64,000 nt of DNA from Setoptus koraiensis (GCA_048013815.1 CM106586.1:24242001-24306000), one strand, 5' to 3'; numbered from the stretch's first letter, positions 36,895-50,407 are shown. The notes: generated by a model from the sequence alone, not told the origin. Program-made: numbers and translations.

Positions 36895-39800
36895 TTAAGT
36901 AACAATATCATCGGTTCTCTATTTTGTGTTGGAGCTCACTGCGATCAATCACGATACAATCAACAACAAACATTAAGTCTACTCTAAAGTCAATCCCCAA
37001 TAGATCGTATTAAGAGTGTGCAATGATGGTTGGGGTGCCAAGGACTTCAATTATAAGACAAGATTCATTCTCGATTATTGATTCAAATTGCTACCACAAC
37101 AAATAAGCTTGATAATGTTCACTTGTAGCGCTAAAGACACACAAACACGATGAAATAGTATTTTCACCATAGTTGCATTTGTTTAGTGAGAATAAATATA
37201 TTTTTAGTTTACCTGTCGTTGCTGTTGTTGCCGTAGTGGTTGTTGTTTACTAGCTCAGGTTCGAGGCGAGTCTTGGTAGCTTTTATCTGACAACAACAAC
37301 CACATATTCTCAAATTCACCAAAGTTACATGCATGACTGTCATCATCTTCTAAAGCCACGCGAAGCGCAATAATTAAACGCGCTCACCTTAAATATTACT
37401 ATTAATATTAGCAGGTTGTCGCTGTTAGAGACTTGAATTATTTGTGGTAACAATAATAATTTTTTTTTGTCGACAATCGTAGTCTAGACTCTGTGTATGA
37501 CCACCGATTGACGTTATTGTTGCTGCTGTTGCACAATTGAAGATTGGGTGTCAACAACTCTTCTTTTATCTTCTCAACAGAACAGCCAATTTTAACGTAC
37601 CTTAAAGTAAAAGTAGCAACTTCACCTGTGTGTCTAGATCACTATAATTAGCCGGGTGACGCAAGCTTTATTATACGCTAACTAACTCGGCACTAACTAA
37701 GGGTGTCCCCGTCTTGTTAAGTCTACAATACATGATTTCTATCTTTACTATCGTGCGCACTCTCATAGTAACAACAACAACAACAACAACAACAACAAAT
37801 AATTAGTTATCTTATGACGTAGTCGGGGTTAGAAATAGGGAAAAGCCAGCTCTTTGCTTGTATTCTCTGGGCGCACTTACGAAAATATCAGCAATCATTT
37901 GATTGGCTGTTGTTATTATTGGACATACGCAAGTGTGAGACTGACTTCACTTCTGGCCACCATTTTGAATACATATAATTTTGCATCCATCAAGTAACTT
38001 TAATGGTGACATAAATACCAGTACTCGATATATCCAATTACTGAGCACTCACATAGTTCCTTGCGTTGACCCAATGCGACAGTGGCATGCTTTTATGGTT
38101 GGCAAGATATACTGTGAATAATCTTTTGGGAGCACGATTGGAACGTGTTCAATCTATCAGTTAAACTTATTAGGATGAGTCATGAAAATCGATGATTGTC
38201 GGCAACAAATAATAGTAATAACCACAACTGATGTAGACGAGACGCCTTCTTTTTTTACGCTAACAAGCGGCGTCTTTTGCAGGCTCAAGAGAATCAAAGT
38301 GATTCAACTTAACGGATTCAAGAAAGCACAATGAGAGAGTTAGTCGGATTCAATTAGCTGGCCTCATGACTTCATGTCGCTGTTTAGTATAATGCTCACT
38401 TGACGAAGAGTGACTCATTAACTCCAAGACTGTGTTGGTGTGTGCTATAATAGGCTTAGCAAGATTTGATTATTTGTTTTGTTAACATGAACATCCGGAA
38501 TGTGCTTTGTTCATTTTTGTTTAATTGCTCATTAACTATCCATGCTTTTAGTTGGTAGTGGTGGCCAATTTATTAGTAATACAATTATGGCATCTTAAGG
38601 CAAAATGTTAAGTGTCCCAAATAGGTCTATGCTCTTAAAAATATGAATAATTTTCATGAGTGAATGTTGCAGCTAACTTCAGCTTCAGCAACTCCAACAA
38701 CAACAACAACAACAACAGCACTGTTACATGCAATGAAGTAACAGAGGTGAGAAGAAGAACAGAAGACTTGTAGAAGTTTTTGAAGAATAATTGCATAAGT
38801 GCGCGCCATTAGCAACCATAGAGTGACAGTAGAGAGTCTATTTCCGCCATATATCACACATGGTTGGATTTATCAATAACTTTGATTGCTTGTTTAATGC
38901 TCATTACGCCAATGCAGGCGAGTGCTCAATCAATCAACTTTGTAAAAGTATTTTTCCACAATAATCAATACCAGCAATACACACGGTAGTGTCAACATAC
39001 TTTTGCAGCAATGATGATGTAATCGAGTGGTATTCCTATATGAGCAATAATACTGGAGATTCCCGATCTCTGTCTGTCTGTCTCTCTCACACAGGCTGTC
39101 GTGTCTTACCTGCAGATTATTTCCTTTTTCATTGAGGTGTGCGCCTCTGTTAGTTGGCATTAACAATTGTTGTGATTGTTGTGTGTTAAGTAGTCGATAA
39201 ATAGACTGGGCTCATGCGACACAAACAGTCTATACACCCATTAGAACACTTCCTGCTACTATACCACTAGATTGGTATTGCAGTATTGCTGTATGTATGA
39301 TACGATTTACCTTCATTTTTGTTTTCCAATTCATTCGCAAACATTGTGTTGTTGCAAGATACCGGTACAGGAACGGCAACCATTTAAACAGAATCACACA
39401 AACAATTTATTGTATCGCTGTCGTAACAACCTGTTGTTGTCACATATATCGATACTATTTATCTGTAACAACTTTCCACTAACATCGGGATTAATTCGAA
39501 CAGCCAGAGAAGAAACAAAGGAATTGTAAGTGAGAGAGAGAAAGCCTTCACCTTCGAGATATTGCAATAATGCCTGTTGTAGACATTGTTTTCAGCATCC
39601 TGAGACTCAGAACAGGTCAGTGAGCGAACGAGTGTGAGTGTATTTTAGGTATAAACAACGAAATTATTGGCTTTCGTTCGAATGGAGCCAACTGTCACTC
39701 TGGTAACGCCGGTGCCTGTCATGAGGAGGAGACTTGCGATGTTTTGGCCCGCCTAAATGTCTATGACTCATGCAACATCAACAACTACGACAGCGACTTC

Positions 39801-42055
39801 TTTTTACAAGAAACACCAACACCAACAAGACAGGTTGTATTACATGTTTTTATCTATCTACCACCTATTACACAGCACACACATACACACACAATGACAA
39901 CAACCATAGCTCACTGTGGCATTGTATACCTGTAGTATGTTCTGTTTCCTATTAGCAGTTCGAAGTAGTCGGTAGCAGTTTAGTAACATAGCAGGCAATA
40001 AGCACCTGAGTAGCGACAGGTGATTACTAACAATATGTTAATATAGAGAATCGTATCAATCTTTTAATATAATCACAGTTGGTCGTTGCATGATCAAGCA
40101 GAGAGTTTTCTTCTTCTTTTTTGCTTGTTTGTAGAGGTTTTTGGACGGAATGAAATCAACTTATTACAGCAACAATTCATCATTGTTGATCTTCAATAGA
40201 AGATTCATCAACAACAAGCAAGATCATTAACTAGCTCTATCTCTGAGGCTTATAACACTTTGCACTACCGAGCGAGTTATAGACAGAAATAAAAGCAAAC
40301 AAACATATAAGAAACAGGTACTCGCTTATCTATTCCTTCATCAAGCAATCAACGAGGTCTGTAGAAAAAGATCTTGTGTGTGTGTCGATACATCTACACA
40401 AGGTGAATGGTTAGATTCATTTAAATAATTATAATGAGTGACTGCTGCTCACCGTGTGTTTTATTCGTATCAGTCACATTACCGTCATAGGTAGTTTCCA
40501 CTAAGACAAGAGATTATGAAGACGAAGAAGAATTTCTTAGAAAGAATACGACACTTCCTCACTGTAGAAGACTTCCACCAATACCACTAAGTTGCGCGCA
40601 CTAGACGGGATATCCACTTTTAAACGCAAACAAAGTAGTAGTGGTAATAACATGCTGATTTGAGCATCGTTGTCATATCACAATTTTTCCTAACTCTAAA
40701 CAACATTGCAAGCTTAATCCAACCAAATAATCAAGCGCAAGCAAATGAGAATGTTCACCGAGGCAAAAAGTTTATTAAACCGATCACATCAATATACATT
40801 CAGCAAGTTGTGTAGAGCACGTCTTTAATAGGACTGAACTTTCCATATATTGTTATCAACAGTGTGGCTTGGTAACAATTGGTAAAAGAAACAAACCAAC
40901 TAACAATTTCACCTATCACGCTATTATTGTTGATTAATGTGTGTCAAGTGTATGAATGTTAATTCTTAAAAATCAACTCAAGTGACTATAACAGTGATGA
41001 TGTCTTGTAGATTATCATTATACAAATAGTGAACAGGAATTAATTTAAATTATTAGATTAGCGAGTTAACCTTGATGACATAAATATTATCGTACTTCCA
41101 CCAGTATCAGACAGCAACAACAGATACAAATAGACGCCAACAACAGCATAATTCAATTTGATTGAATCAATTCATTGAATTAAGATCAACATCAAAACCA
41201 CGAAACTCTGCAACTAAAACGTTTTCCAACATATGTATACATCTATTTGTACAAGGTCAGTAACTAAAAGAGATTGAACCTTTGAAACCTTGGATTTCAA
41301 TTCTTTTTCCCTTGTTCTCCGTTTTGGTTTGGCATAAACAAGATCAAATTCATTTGTTGATTGATGCAATGAAAAATAATAGAAATGTTCAGGAAATTCT
41401 TTTACACACACGAATACGAATACTCAACCAACTCAACTTTTTCTTTTTGAGAACCTTCTTTCCAGCCAGACACTCAATCTGAGACTATCCCACACAACTG
41501 TCTAACATTTCAGATTATATTATATTACTCTGAATGGACTGAGTGGCGTGATCGATAGTTTTGCTCATGTCGGCCTTAAAAGTTGCAGCTTCAACATTAC
41601 AAGCTGTATGTTTCAAGACATTTAAAATGTTGTTCTCTTGTTGTATGTCACCTAGATAGAAGATAATAACTACCTAGTCAGTGAAGCACAAAACCGTTGC
41701 TGTTCATTGTCACGGACCTCGCTAGATTGTGCTGAAAATTGACACAACTATCTCGCCATCTTATTGCTCGTATTGATTTGAACACATCAATCACTGATCA
41801 AACAATAACCACAGCTGTAAATAAGATACCAGCTATAGAGAATAACGTTAATTATTATTTCTATCATTAACATAATTATCTCATTTACTCTATTCTTTCG
41901 CCTATTGCCAGACGTCAGACAGATTTGCCTATTTATTTGTCAGAGTCGAATCGCAGTTAGTGGTGAATTGTTATTTAGAAAAGATCGTTACAGCAGCAAG
42001 TGGAAGTAACTATAAACTGGTCACTAGTTAAGCGAAATAATAATAACTTGGCAAA

Positions 42056-43456
42056 ATGTCCTCATTATTTCGCATGTTTTCCAAGGACAAAAACAAGTCT
42101 ATGATTACTATTGCAGATCCCATCGACACAATTTGTAGTGACTCTCAAGTATCAATAAACAATTCTTCCTCGGCTAAACAAAACCACGGCAAAAAGAATG
42201 GTTTCAAGAATAGTGGCAACAATAAACGAAAGTTGTCAATTGATGGCAAACAACAGTCTGCACCACTTACATCAGTTGAATTAGATCACGACTGCACCAT
42301 GGAGAAAAATAACAATCTATTAAATATGAAATCATTGTCATTAGATGAGAGCCAACAATCATCGCTGGATGCCGATATAGCATTACCGGAGGAACAATGT
42401 GACATTCCAACATTTTTGCATACACAAAATTGTGATAAGCATCTGATTGATGAAACTAGGAGGCATCTAGCTGAACGATACAAAAAATTAGAACCCGATT
42501 CACTATATGAACACGACTATAAACGAATGCTCAATGACGATTGGACAGTCACTAGATTTTTGCTTCGACGTCGTCAAGACCCAAAAAGAGCCGCCAAACT
42601 AATGGAAGAATGTGGCAGATTCAGGAAACAATACAAAATGTCTGAGGTAAAACTTTGGGAATTTCCAATTGAATTTCATAAAGCGGGTGGATTGTTTCAT
42701 TATGCACCAGATCGTGTTGGCAATGAGACATTATACATGAGAGTTAAAATGTATAGAAGAGTTCCGGAAATCAGCGACGTCTTCAAGGCCTTCATCTTGT
42801 GCTGCATTGAGGAATGTGATATGGCTAATGGTGGTCGTGGTACGGCTGTCATATTTGATTTAAGTCATTGTGGATTACAAAATGTCGATTTAGGTTTCTT
42901 GTCTTGGTTATTGTCATCATTTAGAAATTATTGCCCAAAAGGTGTCAGCTATATACTGGTTTACAATTTACCATGGATACTAAATGCCACTTGCAAGTTG
43001 GCAATGTCTTGGATGAGTGCCAGCAATCGGTAAGTCTATCCCTCATCCAACGCTGTGCACCATGTGAGTGTATAATGAGTGTTAGTTGTAATAACCAATC
43101 TAATTTAATCTAATTGTTTATGTTTGTACCTGTGAAAATAAAATGTTATTTTACTCAGTCGCTGTTTGAGATTTGTTCACGGTAGCGAGATTGAGAATTT
43201 TGTAGCCAAAGAAAATCTACCAGATTACCTGGGAGGAACTTGCGGAATCAATTACAAAGCTATACCAGAGGGCTCACTACCGGCAGAGGATGTTTGTGAT
43301 AAGATTGATATAACAAAGGAGCAAGCCATAAAAATAAGAGAATTGTTTAGTGAATATTTAGTTGATGATGATAAGCTAGTCGAATGTGACAACGAAGATT
43401 CTAATTCAACTATAATGACTAGAGCCTCAAAATATTTGGCCTCCGTGGTGCCCTGA
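42056..43456 (+). CDS. CRAL-TRIO lipid-binding protein, MOSPD2-like N-terminal half; 2 exons 42056-43029, 43159-43456; 423 aa
   Basis: LIDETRR...DDWTVTRFL...FDLSHCGLQNVDLGF...YNLPWILNA...ENLPDYLGGT follows the MOSPD2-type CRAL-TRIO pattern. A phase-2 GT-AG intron joins the two ORFs in frame. Confidence 0.85.
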
Positions 43457-45402
43457 TTATAACTCATTAGGACAGGTGCTTTCGATATCTTATATGTTGT
43501 ATATAATTAACAGTATATAATAATAATGATAATATTAGGTAAATTGAAGAACATATTCGTGCTGTCTACTACTACAGCGAACAGACAATAAAAATACCTT
43601 GTTATAGGGTTCGTTCTTGAGTTTTTATTGATTAGGTTTTTTGAATTTTAACCATGTGAGCCGATGATCGAATACTTGAATGCAAGATTGATGATCGCAA
43701 TACACAGAATATTCTTCTGACTAGAGTCAGAACTAAACTTATTCAATTGAAATTGACCTATGGTAGCTGCTTGACTTCACACAGTGGACAGTAAAGCAAG
43801 GCAAGGTGTTGTTTCCTCTTTTAATCTCTGTGATCGTTTGGTTTGCAATTCTAAAAAGGATTCTCAGTGCCTGAAATAGAAACTAAACTAGTCGTGCTAT
43901 TAGACCAGTTATGGAAAGTGGGGTAATAAATAACGAGAAGAAGAACTTGTAATTTATAAATTAGGGATAAATCAAATAAGAATGAGTCTGCAATTTACTT
44001 TGCAGTTGGAAATAATGATCAGCACGAGATAAGGGACATTTGATTTGAAACTCATCTATAAGCAATTTTAATGAACTAAATAACTTGATTGTATCAAATC
44101 ACAAGAACAAGAAGAGAGATGAGATTGAGGATATCTCTCTCTAATAAGCAATTAATCTAGCATGAACAGTAGCTCATGATACCGCCATTCTGCTAGTATT
44201 AACATCACAAGTACAAACAAAAGTTGCTATCGCAAAAAAAAAAGTTTTTCTGATTTGCATCACATAAGACTAAAGAAAGAAGGCAAGTTGCCCCGATAGG
44301 GCGAAGCATGAATTGTTGTATTATTGTTGTTTGTTGTCCATGGAAAAAACTGTCATACATCATTGTTGACATATTGTCAAGAGAGCTTTACAAACTTAGT
44401 GTATCGCCAGTGGTGAGTCATAACCATTTGTTAGTACCTGTTAACTTGATCATCCGGCAGCCATCGGATCTACTTGTGAACTTGAGCAAACAAACAAACA
44501 GTGTAATTCGATATCCGATCCGCGGTTCTCAAGGTAAAATATTTCAGCAACTTGCTACTAAAAAGAAACAAATATAGTATGAGATCCCAGAAATGGAAAT
44601 TTGCTCTTGATGTTGTTATTGTCGTTTATTTCCATGAATATGTGTGTCTTGGAAACACTTGATGTCTACAGTTGTTCATTAGTAGGTTATCTACCAACAA
44701 CAAAACAAGATTGCAACCAATTGATATTGGACATACTTCTTCTTACATCTTGCATCATGTCTAGATACTTGTGTCTTTCTAATTGACTGTATCTAGGCTA
44801 CTTACAACGGCTAAAGGTGTGGTTTACGGGCCGCCCTGTATTGTCATTATTAATCTATTACTATAAATTATTGCAAATAGTAAGACGGTATCATCTTTCA
44901 TCATTATGATATTATACAAAGAAGCTATGGAGATCATGATTATCATAGAAAAACATTGTCTTGTGTTAAACACATGAACAAACAAAAGTAGAGCACTAAA
45001 AATGTACGAAACGTGATAAAAGTTCGGGATGTTGGTTCATTAGTCATATTCATCATTCTAAGTTGATTGTGGTTACAACACACCAAAATAAAAGATTGAG
45101 TTCAGATTAGATATACTAAGTAACGAACATACAACTTCAAACAGTCTTATAAACAGAAGCATAGATTATTCTCAAATTATTCTGGTGATAATGAATGAAT
45201 GTGATGTCCAAGATATTACTCGATATTTTCAATTAAGAAATTCCTTTGAAGCAGTTAACAGAAAAAGCAAATTCGACAATAACCATTATAACTGTCAACG
45301 CTCGTCTCAACAACATTACGCATCGATTCAAACAAATTGAGATAAATTTTCGGCATAATCAGCTCAATTAGCACTGAAAGTCTATCGACCAACATTTTAA
45401 AA

Positions 45403-46875
45403 ATGGTCAATTCATCTAGCAAACTAAATGGACAAATGGTTGGTACTGTTTCTGCGATTGACCAATTTTCCAGGAACTATATCGAGACATCGACTGAGGC
45501 TCCAATATACAAGAAAGTAGATAATCAAATCAACAATGATTGTGTTACAAAAAAAGGTCGAGTCCATGCTTTTGATACCATCACCTATTGGGTGGGTAAC
45601 TCGAAACAAGCAGCATCCTTTTACATGAGTCATCTTGGATTTGAACCAATTGCCTTCAAGGGCCTGGAAACAGGGTCACGTGATGTGGCTTGTCACGTTT
45701 TAAAATTGAACGATATTGTTATACAATTTGTTTGTGCCGTCCAGCCAAACAACGAAGTCATAAGTGACTTTTTAAAGAAACATGGCGACGCTGTCAAAGA
45801 TGTGGCGTTTCAAGTTGAAAATATCGAGGACATGTTAGAGCACGCTCTCAGTCAAGGTGCCGAATTAGTTCATCCTTTAGAGATACTCCAATATGACGGG
45901 GATAATCAATTAGATCAAAGTGACGACAACTCGAAACAGTCAATACAATTGCAACAATTGAATGCAAATGGACAAGCAACACGAAAGTCACCTAATCGTT
46001 CTATATTGAAAAAGGCGACAATTAAAGCCTTCGGCGACGTTACTCATACCTTCATCGAAAGAAACTATGATTATGGTTATGCAAAGTTTCAACCTGGGTA
46101 CGAGGAGCCCTCGTTCAAGGTGAATTGTTGATAATATTCTACAAAATTAGTTTGGATTGATTCCGATTATCTAAGAATGACATTTTTCAACTGAAATCTT
46201 TTCTAACGTTTCTAAATACAGCTTCCGCCGGCTTTTGAAAAACTACCAAAAATTCAAGTTTTGGAAACAGATCATCTTGTAGGACAATTCATACCCAACA
46301 AACTGGAGGAAATGAATGAATGGTATAGCAAGGTATTGAAATTTAAACGATTCTGGTCGGTGGACGAAAAAACTATTCGTACTGAACACTCTGGTGTCAA
46401 GACCCATGTAATGACCAACGACAATGAGAAGATCAAGATACCTTTATGTGAAGTTATTCTATCGAAGAAAGCCAGATCAAAATCAGAGGAGTTCGTCAGA
46501 TTCAACTATGGCTCAGGTATACATCACATAGCTCTAAAGACAGATGACATTGTTTCGACAGTCGCTAATCTGCGAGAACGTGGTCTAGATTTTTTGCATA
46601 CTCCGGACATTTACTATGTACATCTAAAAGAGCGTTTGAAAGACTGTTCACTGAAAATCAAAGAGGATATTGATCAGTTGCACAAGTTGAAGATTCTCAT
46701 TGATTTTGATGAGCAAGGTTATTTGTTACAGATATTCACGAGGCCAGTCCAAGATAGGCCAACATTTATTTTTGAGTTCATACAACGATCTGAACACGAT
46801 GGTTTTGGAGCGGGAAACTTCCTAGCGTTGTTCAAGGCTATAGAAGCCGAGACGGCATTGAGGGGAAATCTGTGA
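45403..46875 (+). CDS. 4-hydroxyphenylpyruvate dioxygenase-like protein with altered active site; 2 exons 45403-46119, 46222-46875; 456 aa
   Basis: FDTITYWVGNSKQAASFY, HGDAVKDVAF, FGDVTHTFIER, RFWSVD, HIAL, GYLLQIFTRPVQDRPT and GFGAGNF...LRGNL are HPPD hallmarks. Phase-0 GT-AG intron of 102 nt. Confidence 0.93.
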
Positions 46876-46990
46876 ATCAATGATAATATTCGCCAATTGC
46901 AATAAAAGCTCGATTTTAGTCTAGCTCCAGAGAATTGTGTTAGATTAAACAATACACAAGATCTATTCACACAAATTTGTTACTTATTTT

Positions 46991-48088
46991 TTAACGGGAT
47001 TTTTTATCACTAATGGTATATTTATCATACGTTTTAGTGGGATCGTATGACTCCCAACGAGAAGCCGGAAAAATATGCTTGTTTCTCTCGTACCAACTTC
47101 TCAGGAGAACTTTACCAGCGTGGGATTCGTCTTTTTCTATGGATGCATCAGCTTTCAATCGAACATCCTCGTGGACATCAAACGAAAATAGTGGACCACT
47201 TTTACCCCTAGCTTTGGTAACTATAAAATCATAGAATGTATAATGATGTGGTATTATAAGATCCTCTTTAACATACATCAATTGGTCTGCTGTTATAGAT
47301 CGCAATTCATTGAATTCTTTGCGCAGAACTTCCATGCAGCGCTGAAGAAACTGATAGATTGAGTGGCCTTTTTTCATTTTAACCGTTCTCCTATGACCAG
47401 AGCCATCCCAGTAACTGAATGTGATTTCTATTTCCTCCTCTTTCAATTTCTCCTGTCTTTCCTGCCATTTAAGACGCAACTCTTCTCGCAGTCTCATTTC
47501 TGCTTCTTCTCTTTCGCGATCAGGTAAAAAACTTGTATCTACATCCGGATTTTTAAGCATTTTTCTCCTCTTTTTGGGTTCAAATCTTGCTTCGGAAGCA
47601 GAATTGGAGTCGCTATCAGCTGAAGATACGCCAGGTATCTTGGCAGTTTGCTGTTGTTTCTCCTCTTGTTCGACCTCTTCTTTGCTACCATTATCATCTT
47701 TATCCTCGTCCTCTTCATCATCTTCATCAAATTTGAATGACAACACTTGTGTTTGCTTGCGCTTTTTTTCTAATAATTCTTTTTTGATCTCTGTTTGTTT
47801 GATTCGTTTTTCGGCATTCTGCTGGGCAAGCTGCTTCTCTCTTTCCCTCACTGCCATTTCATGTTTTTCTTTCATTTGATCTAATGTGACCAAACCAACA
47901 GTTTGAGACTTAATATGAGCCTCAATTGCATCGTAATGTGTAGCAAACTTATTTCCCAAGGTGCTAATCTTGAGGTCTTCTTCTATTTTCTTCTTTTTCA
48001 GCTCCATTTCCTCTCTGGCCAGTTCACGTTTCTTTTGTAGTTGCATAGCTCTATTGGCCTCGTCGGCAGCTCCTTTATAGTGGGCCAT
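46991..48088 (-). CDS. FAM50: FAM50/XAP5 nuclear protein; intronless CDS, 365 aa
   Basis: [54 protein letters not shown] and [20 protein letters not shown] are XAP5-family motifs. Confidence 0.96.
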   Translation of the reverse strand: MAHYKGAADEANRAMQLQKKRELAREEMELKKKKIEEDLKISTLGNKFATHYDAIEAHIKSQTVGLVTLDQMKEKHEMAVREREKQLAQQNAEKRIKQTEIKKELLEKKRKQTQVLSFKFDEDDEEDEDKDDNGSKEEVEQEEKQQQTAKIPGVSSADSDSNSASEARFEPKKRRKMLKNPDVDTSFLPDREREEAEMRLREELRLKWQERQEKLKEEEIEITFSYWDGSGHRRTVKMKKGHSIYQFLQRCMEVLRKEFNELRSITADQLMYVKEDLIIPHHYTFYDFIVTKARGKSGPLFSFDVHEDVRLKADASIEKDESHAGKVLLRSWYERNKHIFPASRWESYDPTKTYDKYTISDKKSR

Positions 48089-49277
48089 CCTGAAATAGTA
48101 AAAATTCGGTTGGTTGTCAAATATTAAGTGTACTCAGTAATTAGTACAGAATTCGATTAATAATGTTAGAATTGTGAGCAGTATATTTTAGCATCTATTT
48201 TGTCCGGCAATAACAACTGCGATATAATGGCCGCCAATCATCGAGATGGATGTAACATGGATTGGCCCGGCAATAAATCACTCAAATTCCATGATTTGCT
48301 CGTTTGTTTATTTGATGATGCTAAGAAATAACGCATGAGGATAAAATTTATTCCATCGACGGTTCACAACGAAACTACAGCTGTGAAGAACTCACTTCAA
48401 CGACAACTCACTTTAGCGACTGCGTACCCTGCCTGGACGCTCTCTGACTCGATCCACCCGAGCCCGGCCCACATGACTCTCTTAGCTCTCGGGATAGAGG
48501 TTGTTTATTGGTCGCCGTAGGCGTGGATGGCACGCTTTGGGCAAATGGTCAAAATTCGCATCTCAATCTAAATCAAGTCAGTGTCGTCGGTGTCGTTGAA
48601 ATTATCGTTCTTTGGAATGAGGCTGTAGGGTTGAAATGAATCTTCGTTGAACTTGAGCGTCGTTGGAGTGTCTGCAACCCGAATAGAATCGATCGAATAG
48701 ACAGCCGATCTTTATAATTCGTACCACAGGATCCCATACAACTTCATATTTTGGGCGAAAATCAGAGCGCAGATCTCACAAGATGCAATTTTGTTCGACA
48801 CAGGGGTTTGAAAGACTAAATCGAAGCGTCCACATTGCCGATCAAATATTTGTTCCACGTTCTATTAGTACCGTCCTTCTCATTTACTTTTCAAATCTCC
48901 ACCACTATTACGAGGCATCCTAGAACAATAGCAAAAATCAAGTGGAGTCCGCGCTCGAGACACCAGCTATCGAATTGAAGTCCCATATCACCCACTAGGG
49001 ACCAGATTCGCCATAGAGTTATTGTAACCACAAAGAGTTTCTAGATTTATTGGCAACTCAAACAGAGAGAACAAGCATACTCATCAATGAACTGTTGAGG
49101 TAAAACCGTGTAGAAACAAGGGCATGTCCTCCCACATATAACTCACGACCGCTAGTAACAATGCGTTCATGATTTTCAACCTCATTTGTTTGTCGTGATT
49201 GAAATAGAATGACACCAGAGGCTTATTGAGTTCAGTTTGATTGAACTAATGTAAACTACTTGATATGTATGATAAAT

Positions 49278-50267
49278 TCATTGAAACGAATGTTCAGAAG
49301 CCGGAAAGGTTCCTTCTTGAACCTCCCTATAAAACTCTTTCGAGGCATTCAGTAGTTGATCACCAAGGTTACAGTAACGTTTCACAAATTTTGGCTTGAA
49401 GACCTTCAATTTGTTACTTGAGTTTGCTGATGGCGGTATAAAGCCGGCCATATCTTGCCAGACCAAAATTTGGGCATCACAGTGGGGCCCGGCTCCAATG
49501 CCCACAGTGGGTATCTCCAGTTTTTCGGTAATCATCCTTGCTAAATCACTCGGAACCATTTCTAGGACACATGCAAAGGCACCTGCGTCTTGTAATCTCA
49601 GGGCGTCTTCGATTAAGTTGTTGGCACTCACAGAATCACGACCTTGTACTTTGAAACCACTCAACAAGTTTTCGTGTTGGGGTGTGAAACCTATGTGGGC
49701 CATCACTGGTATCCCTGAACAAGTCAACAATTTCACATGGTCATAATATTGTGAACCTCCCTCTAGTTTTACAGCCTCGGCACCTGCCTCCTTCATTAGG
49801 CGAACAGCACTTTTTAAAGCCTGTTTGGGACTACATTGATAAGTACCGAACGGTAAATCCGCTACTAACAGGGCTCGCTCCACTCCTCTGGACACTGATT
49901 TTGTGAACAAGATCATATCATCCAAAGTTATCGGGATAGTAGAAGAGCATCCCATATGAACATTGGCTGCAGAGTCGCCAACCAATAAACAAGGTAGTTT
50001 GGCTGTGTCAAATATGCGAGCCGTCATCACATCATAAGTGGTCAACATGGCCCAACGCTCTTTCCGTATCTTCAACATCTTTAAATCAGATATACGGATT
50101 TTGATTTTGTTGTGCAAACTACCTGTTGTACAAGCTACTGAAACTTCATGACATCCCGGATTAGATTGATCAGACGATTGACCCAGTACAGGATACGGGT
50201 GGGTCTCTTCACTAAGTTGGGGTATTTGATTCGGGTCTGTTTTGTCAGGAATGTTAGTGGTTGACAT
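49278..50267 (-). CDS. panB: 3-methyl-2-oxobutanoate hydroxymethyltransferase (ketopantoate hydroxymethyltransferase), bacterial type, intronless; likely start ATG 50267 (ORF open to 50321)
   Basis: WAMLTTYD, LLVGDSAANV, ADLPFGTY, AVKLEGG, PVMAHIGFTPQ, GFKVQGR, LEMVP, IPTVGIGAGPHCDAQILVWQDMAG and PKFVKRY...FPASEHSF cover all PanB motifs, including the Mg-binding Asp residues and the catalytic Glu. Confidence 0.97.
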   Translation of the reverse strand: MSTTNIPDKTDPNQIPQLSEETHPYPVLGQSSDQSNPGCHEVSVACTTGSLHNKIKIRISDLKMLKIRKERWAMLTTYDVMTARIFDTAKLPCLLVGDSAANVHMGCSSTIPITLDDMILFTKSVSRGVERALLVADLPFGTYQCSPKQALKSAVRLMKEAGAEAVKLEGGSQYYDHVKLLTCSGIPVMAHIGFTPQHENLLSGFKVQGRDSVSANNLIEDALRLQDAGAFACVLEMVPSDLARMITEKLEIPTVGIGAGPHCDAQILVWQDMAGFIPPSANSSNKLKVFKPKFVKRYCNLGDQLLNASKEFYREVQEGTFPASEHSFQ

Positions 50268-50407
50268 GATTCTCCGAGAAAATGAATGAGAAATTAAATA
50301 ATATTCTTTTGATTCATACAAGAATTGAAAATAATGTTAAAAAGGTTAACGTGTAGTCTAAATGATGTTGAGTTGAGATAATCACAATGGGAAATTGTAA
50401 AAATTTT

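Noticed and set aside
37214-39131. Scattered minus-strand exon-like segments with good donors (~37214-37285, ~39110-39146)
   Set aside because: They cannot be assembled into a recognisable protein, and such sites occur by chance in AT-rich DNA.
48335-49270. Spacer between FAM50 and panB as a decayed retrotransposon or further horizontally acquired DNA
   Set aside because: All frames contain multiple stops and I recognised no RT, integrase or transposase motif. A translated database search is needed.
49278-50321. panB as bacterial contamination
   Set aside because: It is contiguous with animal genes and a eukaryotic tRNA, AT-rich like the host although the closest recalled relatives are high-GC Actinobacteria, and has no operon neighbours (panC/panD).
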